DNA of 64,000 nucleotides, taken from positions 11,829 to 75,828 of the IMG/VR virus record IMGVR_UViG_3300017763_004709, one strand, 5' to 3'. This DNA comes from a virus. The notes under the pieces are model-generated. The model was not told the DNA's origin. It ran no database searches and was given only the letters and a program-made list of their open reading frames with translations. Position numbers and translations under genes: made by a program. Below are positions 46,643 to 54,510 of this stretch, piece by piece (position 1 is the first letter of the stretch; every line of letters starts with the position of its first letter).

Positions 46643-46939
46643 ATGTACGCAGTGAAAAAACTAAATAAAAGCAATTTTGAAGTTGTTAATATATTAGAAG
46701 AGCCTAAAACTTACAAAGTTAGTAAAAATACACAAGGACACTATCAGTGTGATTGTATGGGTTTTGCTAGACAAAAAAATAAATTAGAACACAAGCATTG
46801 TTTAATGGTACAAGTTCTAGAAGATTTAGACTATGATAGCTTTGTGCTTGATACAGATAGAGAATGGAAAATTGTATCAGCACATACTATGCAAGATGCT
46901 ATAGACAGTATAGAATCTTTTATTGATAGCTTAATGTGA
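46643..46939 (+). CDS. SWIM-type zinc finger protein
   Basis: Y.V......CDC.GF.......HKH. Confidence 0.6.
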   Translation: MYAVKKLNKSNFEVVNILEEPKTYKVSKNTQGHYQCDCMGFARQKNKLEHKHCLMVQVLEDLDYDSFVLDTDREWKIVSAHTMQDAIDSIESFIDSLM

Positions 46940-46949
46940 AGAGGAAAAT

Positions 46950-47282
46950 ATGCTAGCTAATATTACTAATCTAAACACAGAATATTCTGATTGCACTATT
47001 TTAATAGATCCAAGCGATTCTTGGACTACAGATAAGACTATATCTGTTCTATTGTCAAGACTTTTAGCTAACTACTCAGAGTATTGCGAAGAATATCCTA
47101 GCGATTTTTCTTCTTTAGAAGAGTGGAAAATGGAAGTTAACTATCATTCAGATTGTTTAAGTGAGTATTTTTATTGTCAAGAATCAGATAATGCTGAGTT
47201 TGAAGCAATTCTTAAAGACACTAAAAAGTCTTTTAAATTTATCTCTGAATATTTAGAAGATTTATGGATAGTTAACGAATGA
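46950..47282 (+). CDS. hypothetical protein
   Basis: ORF with GAGG SD. Confidence 0.6.
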   Translation: MLANITNLNTEYSDCTILIDPSDSWTTDKTISVLLSRLLANYSEYCEEYPSDFSSLEEWKMEVNYHSDCLSEYFYCQESDNAEFEAILKDTKKSFKFISEYLEDLWIVNE

Positions 47283-47995
47283 CTGCTATAATATTTGATG
47301 TAGACGGTACTCTTACAGACCCTAGAGAAAAAATAGATCCTTTCTTTTTACAAGAACTTGTAGGATTATCTATGTCTTATAGTATTTATTTAGCTACAGG
47401 AAGCGACTACGTTAAAACAGAAGAACAACTAGATACGTGGTTTTTAGAGAACATAATTTCCTATAGTTTTAATTGCTCAGGAAACTCTGTATGGCAAAAA
47501 GGACAAGAAGTATATAGAGAAGACTGGATTACTCCTACCGAAGTATTAGATTGGCTTAACAGTGAACTAACTGAAAGTACTTTTGAACACAAGACAGGGT
47601 TTCATTTTGACAAAAGACCTGGTATGCTAAACTTTAGTATAGTTGGAAGAAATGCTACACCTCTACAAAGAGTATTATATTCTGAGTTTGACAAAAACAC
47701 TAAAGAAAGGTTAAACTTATCTATAAAGTTTAATAATGCTTTTAAAGATAAATATAATATTACAGCACAGATTGCCGGAAGAACTGGTTTTGACATATAT
47801 AGAGACGGTAAGGATAAGAGTCAAATATTAGATTACTTTGAAAATATTCCTATATTATTTTTTGGCGATGACACTCAAGAGGGCGGTAATGATCATACGT
47901 TAGCTAAAGCTATCGAAGAAAGAAACAATAAAGAAGATAAAGTATTTAAAGTATCTTCTCCTTCTGAAACAAGATATTTAGTTTCTCTTCTTTAA
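47279..47995 (+). CDS. HAD-IIB phosphomannomutase (PMM/Sec53-type)
   Basis: FDVDGTLT.PR, TGSD, R.GMLNFS.VGR, FFGD...GGND. Confidence 0.85.
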   Translation: MTAIIFDVDGTLTDPREKIDPFFLQELVGLSMSYSIYLATGSDYVKTEEQLDTWFLENIISYSFNCSGNSVWQKGQEVYREDWITPTEVLDWLNSELTESTFEHKTGFHFDKRPGMLNFSIVGRNATPLQRVLYSEFDKNTKERLNLSIKFNNAFKDKYNITAQIAGRTGFDIYRDGKDKSQILDYFENIPILFFGDDTQEGGNDHTLAKAIEERNNKEDKVFKVSSPSETRYLVSLL

Positions 47996-48011
47996 ACACT
48001 TGTTTAAGATG

Positions 48012-48145
48012 AGGGGCTGGTCAAGTGATGCCAGTAAACCATAAAAATCACTATGGGTTATGTTAAACTATCCTATCCGAAAAAAATTGTTTAACCACTA
48101 TTCTGCTAGTGTAACTAAGTCCGTTATTTCGGAAACGGCAGCAGA
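48012..48145 (+). ncRNA. candidate structured ncRNA 1 (five hairpins, three tertiary pairings)
   Basis: Intergenic; complementary loops AGTGAT/ATCACT, TCCGAAA/TTTCGGA, TCTGC/GCAGA. Confidence 0.6.
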
Positions 48146-48146
48146 T

Positions 48147-48190
48147 AAAAAGGCGTTCTAACTTATAGTAAGAGCGCCTTTTTACTTTTT
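48147..48190 (+). terminator. intrinsic terminator (A- and T-flanked)
   Basis: AAAAAGGCGTTCT/AGAGCGCCTTTTT. Confidence 0.8.
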
Positions 48191-48210
48191 TAATTATAAG
48201 GAAAATATAA

Positions 48211-48789
48211 ATGTCTACCGTACATAAGATATTAAAAAATGCGTTAAAAAACATGAACTATGTAGGCTCCGGGTGTTATGCTGCTGCTTTTGATAGTAAT
48301 AAAGAAATAGTTAAAATAGGAGCAGATATATTTGACCCTTATTTATATTATCTAAGAGAAATAAAATCATTAAAAAATACACATTTTCCTAAATTTCATA
48401 GTTTATATGTAGATAACTATAATGAGTTTTATACTGTAAAGCTAGAGAAACTATATCCTTTAAATGATAAACAACTTAAAGATTACGAACAACTATACGA
48501 CTGGGCAGTAAAAGGAGAAGATAAACCTTGTTGGGCTAGTGAAGAGCTAGAAGAAGCTGTTAATAAGATAGTAGATTTAGCAGATGTAATATCTTTACAA
48601 CCTTCAGAGGATTTAGAGTATGAAGGGCAGACAGGAGATTGTAGATTAGACCTTCATGAAGCCAATGTAATGAGTCGATCTGATGGGACATTAGTATTTA
48701 CAGATCCTCTTTCAGATGCCCAAATGTTTGATGCCCCTGCTATAGAAGAGTGGATAGATGACTATCTTTATTATACCAATAAAAAGTAG
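48211..48789 (+). CDS. protein kinase, T7 gp0.7-like
   Basis: GSGCYAAAF, VKIG...D, YTV.LE.L, DLHEANVM, TDP. Confidence 0.75.
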   Translation: MSTVHKILKNALKNMNYVGSGCYAAAFDSNKEIVKIGADIFDPYLYYLREIKSLKNTHFPKFHSLYVDNYNEFYTVKLEKLYPLNDKQLKDYEQLYDWAVKGEDKPCWASEELEEAVNKIVDLADVISLQPSEDLEYEGQTGDCRLDLHEANVMSRSDGTLVFTDPLSDAQMFDAPAIEEWIDDYLYYTNKK

Positions 48790-48832
48790 TTTTATTCTTG
48801 CTTATTACTTATTTTAATAGTATTATGATTAT

Positions 48833-48985
48833 ATGATGAAAAAACAAATAAAATTTAATATAAAATCTGTAGAAGATTTACATAAACAAATGAATGAGTG
48901 GGTAGATGCAAATCTACCTATAGAAGAGATAAATAATACTAACTTAGCGGCTACAATGCTAAAAAGTATAGGAATAAAAGTATAG
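48833..48985 (+). CDS. 50-aa hypothetical protein (absent from ORF track)
   Basis: ATG 7 nt after TTGCTT-17-TATTAT; stop overlaps first base of tRNA-Arg. Confidence 0.5.
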   Translation: MMKKQIKFNIKSVEDLHKQMNEWVDANLPIEEINNTNLAATMLKSIGIKV

Positions 48986-49061
48986 GTCTCTTAGCTCAGC
49001 TGGATAGAGCAAGTGCCTTCTAAGCACTAGGTCTCAGGTTCGAATCCTGAAGAGATCACCA
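48985..49061 (+). tRNA. tRNA-Arg(UCU)
   Basis: Cloverleaf, CTTCTAA loop, CCA encoded. Confidence 0.95.
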
Positions 49062-49242
49062 AGATAGGCAAAGGGGAAAGCCTAGCGATTTCGCTAAACG
49101 TACCCAACAAAGGTCCTAGACATGGAAGAGTGGCCCTCTAGTCTAGTCCGGTATAAGCACTGGTACCGCATAACCCAGTCGGTTGCTGCATACGTCAAAT
49201 GCAGATACGTGGGGAGGCACTGCAGAAAGCCTCCCCACCGAT
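49062..49242 (+). ncRNA. candidate structured ncRNA 2 directly after tRNA-Arg
   Basis: GC-rich island with about seven stems and an H-type pseudoknot. Confidence 0.65.
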
Positions 49243-49278
49243 TCTATAGAGTTATATCTATGTAACAAAGGATACACT

Positions 49279-49437
49279 ATGAGAAGAGGTACTAAGCCTA
49301 ACCCCATAGATTATATTAAAGTAAGAATAGATCTACTACGTGAAGAAAAGAAAAAAAACGAAGATAATACTGCTCACTTAGTATTAGATAAAGCAATTTA
49401 TGAGTTAAGTGTTGTTTTAGATCTTCTAATAAGATAG
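49279..49437 (+). CDS. 52-aa hypothetical protein
   Basis: AAGGA SD; start MRRGTK rather than track start 49183. Confidence 0.6.
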   Translation: MRRGTKPNPIDYIKVRIDLLREEKKKNEDNTAHLVLDKAIYELSVVLDLLIR

Positions 49438-49449
49438 TAGTTATACTAT

Positions 49450-49524
49450 TCCGGCGTAGCTCAGTGGTAGAGCAGTTGACTGTTAATCAATTGGTCGTAG
49501 GTTCGACCCCTACCGCCGGAGCCA
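49450..49524 (+). tRNA. tRNA-Asn(GUU)
   Basis: Cloverleaf, CTGTTAA loop, GCCA end. Confidence 0.95.
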
Positions 49525-49529
49525 AATTA

Positions 49530-49605
49530 GGGTCTGTAGCTTAGTGGTTAAAGCTGCCCGCTCATAACGGGTAGATCGTAGGTTCGAATCCTACCGGACC
49601 CACCA
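49530..49605 (+). tRNA. tRNA with CAU anticodon, probably Ile2 (lysidine type)
   Basis: G1-C72 paired so not an initiator; CCCG-CTCATAA-CGGG arm resembles Ile2. Confidence 0.88.
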
Positions 49606-49608
49606 TAT

Positions 49609-49680
49609 ATGGGTGAAGTGTTAATGGTTGCACATCGGATTCCAAATCCGAAAGACAGAGTTCGATTCTTTGCACCTATG
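49609..49680 (+). tRNA. tRNA-Trp(CCA)
   Basis: ATGGGTG/CACCTAT acceptor, TCGGA-TTCCAAA-TCCGA arm, GTTCGATTC; followed by CCCA. Confidence 0.85.
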
Positions 49681-49697
49681 CCCAAAGGAATATTAGT

Positions 49698-49922
49698 ATG
49701 TATACAGTAGAATTTGATCATGATGAAGTAATTATAACTATATTAGACGACTCAGGAAGTTTACCAGATCTAATAATAAATAGTTATGACGATGGAGTAT
49801 ACATTACTCAAATGGATGAAGATGGTGATTATGATGATATACTTAACATAACTCCAGAAATGTGGCAAGAGTTGATTTTAGCTATAAACAGCTCAGAAGG
49901 AGCTTATGTTATAAAGAGATAA
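49698..49922 (+). CDS. acidic hypothetical protein inside the tRNA island
   Basis: ORF with AAGGA SD. Confidence 0.7.
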   Translation: MYTVEFDHDEVIITILDDSGSLPDLIINSYDDGVYITQMDEDGDYDDILNITPEMWQELILAINSSEGAYVIKR

Positions 49923-50006
49923 GCCCGCGTGATGGAATGGTAGACATAACAGACTTAAAATCTGTGGCCGCAAGGCGTGCCGGTTCGAGTCCGGCCGCGG
50001 GTACCA
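49923..50006 (+). tRNA. tRNA-Leu(UAA)
   Basis: Type II cloverleaf with variable arm, CTTAAAA loop, CCA encoded. Confidence 0.95.
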
Positions 50007-50010
50007 ACCA

Positions 50011-50147
50011 GCGTGACAACTACGCACTCAAATATACTCCGGACTCTGTATTGGTTGAGAAATAGTTGTACTTGTAAGTCGTACTTTGTAGAGTATTTAC
50101 TTATTATCTGAGGGGGTTATATAAGTAAACATTCCAAAGAGCGACCA
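50011..50147 (+). ncRNA. candidate structured ncRNA 3 ending in ACCA
   Basis: Pseudoknot domain plus long rod between tRNA-Leu and the terminator. Confidence 0.55.
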
Positions 50148-50184
50148 CAGCCCTCCTAGTTTTTTATACTAGGAGGGCTGTTTT
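50147..50184 (+). terminator. intrinsic terminator closing the tRNA island
   Basis: ACAGCCCTCCTAGT/ACTAGGAGGGCTGT 14-bp stem plus T-run. Confidence 0.88.
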
Positions 50185-50250
50185 ACATCTAAACTTAATA
50201 AAATAAAATTTAACATTAGTCATAAATAATGATACTATAGAGTATATAAA

Positions 50251-50739
50251 ATGTTTACAAAACAACAAATTGAAGAATTAGTAGAATTACTAGTGACGCT
50301 GGATTCTAATACAAAAATATATCTAGGCTGCGATTCTGTAACTTACTTTAAAAATAATAGAAAAAAAGCAAAATATGCTACGGTACTTATAGTACATAAA
50401 AATAGTAAAAATGGTTGTAAATTATTCTCTAATACCTCTTATGAAGTAGATTATGATTTAAAAAAAGACAGACCTAAAATGAGAATGATTTATGAGGCTA
50501 GAAAAGTTTGTGAATTATATATACAAGTAGCGCCTTTTATAGATGAGTTTGATATAGAAATACATTTAGATATAAACACAAATCCTAAGTTCGGATCTAA
50601 TTGTGCTGCATCGGAAGCCGCTGGATATATTTTAGGTATGACAGGCATCACACCAAAATTAAAACCTTTTGGTTTTGCAGCGAGCTACGGTGCAGATAGT
50701 GTAGCCAAAGGTAGAGGAGTAGTTATTGTACCACACTAG
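50251..50739 (+). CDS. RNase H-fold YkuK/DUF458-family protein
   Basis: IYLGCDS, R...E, IEIHLDIN, S, KP...AAS..AD. Confidence 0.85.
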   Translation: MFTKQQIEELVELLVTLDSNTKIYLGCDSVTYFKNNRKKAKYATVLIVHKNSKNGCKLFSNTSYEVDYDLKKDRPKMRMIYEARKVCELYIQVAPFIDEFDIEIHLDINTNPKFGSNCAASEAAGYILGMTGITPKLKPFGFAASYGADSVAKGRGVVIVPH

Positions 50740-50974
50740 AATTAAAAATCTAGAAATCTTTAATAAGAGACTTCTAACTATGATGAAGGATTATTCTATC
50801 TCTCTTAGAGAAGCTCTAATGTGGGATCACGAAGGTTTTGGTTTCTTAACTCTTGATGATTATCTGATAGTAAACGGAGTTACTTATACAAATGACAAAG
50901 AGTTCTATATTAGAATACTTATTAAAAAAACTCCTGATATAACTTTATCTGAGCTAACAGAGGATGACAAATGA
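50726..50974 (+). CDS. hypothetical protein
   Basis: TTG start with GAGGAG SD. Confidence 0.55.
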   Translation: MYHTRIKNLEIFNKRLLTMMKDYSISLREALMWDHEGFGFLTLDDYLIVNGVTYTNDKEFYIRILIKKTPDITLSELTEDDK

Positions 50975-51303
50975 AAATAAATACTCACGGTTTTGAAAAA
51001 GAAGAAAACGAGCATGATGTCATTGATAAAGGAGATAACTATGTACGATGGGGTATTACTCCTCGCGCTGTTCAAAGTGAGTGGGTAAAAAAACTAAAAA
51101 ATAAAGCAGGAGAAGAGTGGAAATCTAGATGCACAGAACATTATGCGTGGAAAGCTGCAGAATACATTGAGTTTTTAGAAAATAAAGTACAACAGCAATT
51201 ACTTAAGTCTGATGCCTTTATTGGTACTGATTACCCTCTTCAAGAAAGATATCATGAATATCTACTAAGAAAAACTAAAGAACAAAAAAATATATTTGAC
51301 TAA
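50971..51303 (+). CDS. hypothetical protein
   Basis: ORF, ATGA coupled. Confidence 0.6.
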   Translation: MKINTHGFEKEENEHDVIDKGDNYVRWGITPRAVQSEWVKKLKNKAGEEWKSRCTEHYAWKAAEYIEFLENKVQQQLLKSDAFIGTDYPLQERYHEYLLRKTKEQKNIFD

Positions 51304-51337
51304 TGCCTAAGAAGAGTATATTATAAAGAATACAAAA

Positions 51338-51859
51338 ATGACATCTTACTATATTGATATATTAGTACCTTCTGTTTCTTTAAAAGAAGTTTCCAGCACG
51401 ACTATCGAAGACACAACGAGTAACTGCCTTTTTGAAGATAAAAAAGTGGTTATTTTTTCCGTGCCAGGAGCTTTTACTCCTACTTGCTCCTCTAAACAAG
51501 TACCTGATTTTGATAAAGAGTATGAACAATTCATTAAATTAGGTATTTCAAATATATATTGTATATCTGTAAATGACCCTTTTGTAATGAGTAATTGGTA
51601 CTCTCATCTAGACATTAATAGTATAAAATTTATATCTGATTATAGTAGTTCTTTTACTAAAGAATTAGGTATGTTAGTAGACAAGAGTCATCTAGGTATG
51701 GGAATGAGATCTTGGCGATATGCCGCCCTCATAGACAATATGTTAGTAAAAGCTTGGTTTGAAGAACCAGGTCGTAACATATTAGGATCTTACAAAGATC
51801 CTTATGGAGAAACTTCTCCAAAGAAAATACTAGAATATTTAAAAATAAATATGAAATAA
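51338..51859 (+). CDS. peroxiredoxin (Prx5 type)
   Basis: PGAFTPTCS, SVNDPFVM, G.RSWRYA. Confidence 0.94.
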   Translation: MTSYYIDILVPSVSLKEVSSTTIEDTTSNCLFEDKKVVIFSVPGAFTPTCSSKQVPDFDKEYEQFIKLGISNIYCISVNDPFVMSNWYSHLDINSIKFISDYSSSFTKELGMLVDKSHLGMGMRSWRYAALIDNMLVKAWFEEPGRNILGSYKDPYGETSPKKILEYLKINMK

Positions 51860-51892
51860 CAGGAATCAAACCTGTATATAAGGAAAATTATT

Positions 51893-52654
51893 ATGAATCG
51901 TTTATCACAAACTTTATTAACTACTACAGCTATTAGCTGTATGGCTTTTTCTGCTTTAGCTAATCCTATTACAGGTAGTGTAGAAGTAGAATTAAAAGAA
52001 AATTCGTCAGACAAATGGGCGTCAACTACTACTTTAGGAGCTTCTATGTCCTCAGAAGGTTCAGCTTTTGGAGGCTTTAATATAGAGTCTGTAGACGGTG
52101 CTACTTTTGCTTTAGACGAGTGGAATCTAGGAACTACCGTGGGTGAAGTAAGTGTGTCTTTAGGAAACCAAGGAGATATTTGGATCGGTGCTGAAGGTGA
52201 GCATACTATTGCAAATATGAGCATGGATGAAAGCTTAAGAATTACTATGGGTACTACCTCTGTAGCCCTAGAGTTTGAAGACTATAAGAATGATGTATCT
52301 GACATTGAATCTGTAGCATTAGCATCCACAGTAACTACTGGGGGCTTAGGTATTACCGGTGCTGTAGATTATGATCTAGACTCAGAAAATTGGGTTATCG
52401 GAACTAGAGTAGATATGGGTACTTACGGTACTGCACTAACCTACTCAGAAGATACAGAAAAATTAGCTTATGAAGTAGATGGTAACTTATCTGGTATTAC
52501 TATGTATGTAAATGGTGATGAAGATGAATTAGCTCGTAACTTAGGAGCTTCTTATTTAGTAGATGTTTCAGGTTTAGATATTGAACCTAAATTAAACTAT
52601 AATCTAGACGCAGAAGAACTAACTCCTAGTATTGTTCTTACACTAAACTTCTAA
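51893..52654 (+). CDS. outer-membrane beta-barrel / porin-like protein
   Basis: Signal peptide (SALA), alternating beta-strand pattern, acidic, C-terminal LTLNF. Confidence 0.7.
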   Translation: MNRLSQTLLTTTAISCMAFSALANPITGSVEVELKENSSDKWASTTTLGASMSSEGSAFGGFNIESVDGATFALDEWNLGTTVGEVSVSLGNQGDIWIGAEGEHTIANMSMDESLRITMGTTSVALEFEDYKNDVSDIESVALASTVTTGGLGITGAVDYDLDSENWVIGTRVDMGTYGTALTYSEDTEKLAYEVDGNLSGITMYVNGDEDELARNLGASYLVDVSGLDIEPKLNYNLDAEELTPSIVLTLNF

Positions 52655-52721
52655 TTAAGTAACGAACAGGAGCTCTCGTTATAAAATAAACTCCTTTTAA
52701 CTTAATCTTAGAAAGTATCTA

Positions 52722-53132
52722 ATGAAAAACGTTGATTTAAATAAATACAAGAATTTCGTAGAAAAAGTAACTTCAACAGAAAGTAATGAAGTTAGCTCTC
52801 TTACAGGGCGTCTATGCCAACTAGAAACTGATACGGGAGTTAATATTTCCTTACTTTTAACAGGAAGTATAGGTATTGCTAGTGAAGGAGGAGAGTTCAG
52901 TGAGATTGTTAAAAAATGTATATTCCAGGGTAAGCCTTTGGATGATGACACCAGATTTCACATCAAACGTGAACTTGGCGATATTGCTTGGTATTGGATT
53001 AATTCTTGTCGTGCACTAGACTTAGATCCTAACGAAGTAATAGCTGAGAATGTAAATAAGCTTAAAAATAGATACCCAGACGGTAATTTTAATGTTTGGT
53101 ATAGTGAAAATAGACAAGAAGGCGACTTGTAG
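52722..53132 (+). CDS. mazG: MazG-like nucleotide pyrophosphohydrolase
   Basis: G.ASEGGEF.EIVKK, RELGDI.WY, N..KL..RYP. Confidence 0.9.
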   Translation: MKNVDLNKYKNFVEKVTSTESNEVSSLTGRLCQLETDTGVNISLLLTGSIGIASEGGEFSEIVKKCIFQGKPLDDDTRFHIKRELGDIAWYWINSCRALDLDPNEVIAENVNKLKNRYPDGNFNVWYSENRQEGDL

Positions 53133-53899
53133 TGTCTTCTTTAGTTATAAGTGGTATAGGCTTTGTAGGGTCGGCAGTTATGTCGGCCCTTAGTCATGAG
53201 TATACTATACATATTTCTGATCCTAAAATAAATGATAATAAAGTTTTTGACTTTGATAATGCTAAAGGAGTTATACTATGTTTACCTACACCACAAAAAG
53301 ACGATGGTAGCTGCGACTTAAGTTATATAGATGAAGTATTAAGCGAGTGTTACGATAATATACCTATACTTATTAAGTCTACTATGAGTTTAGATGGTTT
53401 TAGAAAATTACGAGAAAAATATTCTTTACTATCTATAACTTTTTCTCCTGAGTTTTTAACAGCTAAAAACGCAGAGACTGACTTTAAAAATCAAAAGACT
53501 ATGTATTTTGCAGGAGATAAGAGTGCTTATTGGGCTTCTATTTTTACAACAGCTATGCCTAATTTAGTTACTAAAATATATGATAATATAGATACTCTTA
53601 TACTAGCTAAATATTTTAGAAACTCATTTTTAGCTTTAAAAGTAGCTTATGCTAATCAAATGTTTGATGTTTGTGAAAAACTACATATATCGTTTGACGA
53701 TTTAATTGATATTTTTGTAGATGATAATAGGATAGGCAATAGTCATACAAAGGTTCCTGGAGACGACGGAAGAGGGTTTGGGGGCGCTTGCTTTCCAAAA
53801 GATACCTCTGCGTTACTACATACTATGAATAGATACCAAATAGATTTATCTATACTAAATGCTGCAGTGAGCTATAATAATAAAATAAAGGAAAATTAA
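53132..53899 (+). CDS. UDP-glucose/GDP-mannose dehydrogenase family
   Basis: G.GFVG, CLPTP, IKST, SPEFL, K...N.FLA.K, GFGGACFPKD. Confidence 0.9.
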   Translation: MSSLVISGIGFVGSAVMSALSHEYTIHISDPKINDNKVFDFDNAKGVILCLPTPQKDDGSCDLSYIDEVLSECYDNIPILIKSTMSLDGFRKLREKYSLLSITFSPEFLTAKNAETDFKNQKTMYFAGDKSAYWASIFTTAMPNLVTKIYDNIDTLILAKYFRNSFLALKVAYANQMFDVCEKLHISFDDLIDIFVDDNRIGNSHTKVPGDDGRGFGGACFPKDTSALLHTMNRYQIDLSILNAAVSYNNKIKEN

Positions 53900-54510
53900 T
53901 GTCAGGTCATTATATAGAAATAAAAGGTCATAAAATATTCGGGTACTCAAGGTATATACCTTTTTATGCTGATATAGTATCTAACTCTGAGGATGGGGCT
54001 CTTTTAGTAGAGGTAGGAAGTTTTTTAGGTCAGTCTACTGCAGCTATGGGTACCTTCATTAAAGAAAGTGGAAAAAGAATAGATTTCCATGCAGTAGATA
54101 TATTTGAGCTGTCTGACTTTAGTGATGAGCCACATTTTGACGCTATAAAGCAGCATGGAGGTAACTTTTATAAAGTATTTGAAGACAATTTAATTGCTGC
54201 AGGTGTTAGAGATTATGTAAACCCAGTAAAAGCCACCTCATTAGAGGCCTCTAAGCAGTATGAAGATAGAAGCATATCCTTTCTAATGATAGATGCTTCT
54301 CATGCATATAAAGATGTAGTTGAAGATATTGAATATTGGTATCCCAAAATAAAAATGGGAGGAATTATATCAGGAGACGATTACGATTTTGAAGAAGTAG
54401 CCAAAGCAGTAAAAGATACTTGCGGAGATAACATAAAAGTTTATCCTAACACTACTTGGTGGTTTAGAAAAACTAAAGATACTTTACAGGAGCATAGAAA
54501 TGTTAAATAA
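53899..54510 (+). CDS. class I SAM methyltransferase (Methyltransf_24-like)
   Basis: VEVGSFLGQS, IDASHAY, GG.ISGDDY. Confidence 0.88.
   Translation: MSGHYIEIKGHKIFGYSRYIPFYADIVSNSEDGALLVEVGSFLGQSTAAMGTFIKESGKRIDFHAVDIFELSDFSDEPHFDAIKQHGGNFYKVFEDNLIAAGVRDYVNPVKATSLEASKQYEDRSISFLMIDASHAYKDVVEDIEYWYPKIKMGGIISGDDYDFEEVAKAVKDTCGDNIKVYPNTTWWFRKTKDTLQEHRNVK

Noticed and set aside
49862-50065. ORF spanning tRNA-Leu, and the 49183 start inside ncRNA candidate 2
   Set aside because: Overlap RNA genes and lack an SD
49062-50070. tRNA-linked theta/HDV-like, hammerhead or pistol ribozymes
   Set aside because: Could not build the P1/P2/P3/P1.1 nesting, and found no CUGAUGA-GAAA core or pistol strand order by eye; a covariance search is still needed
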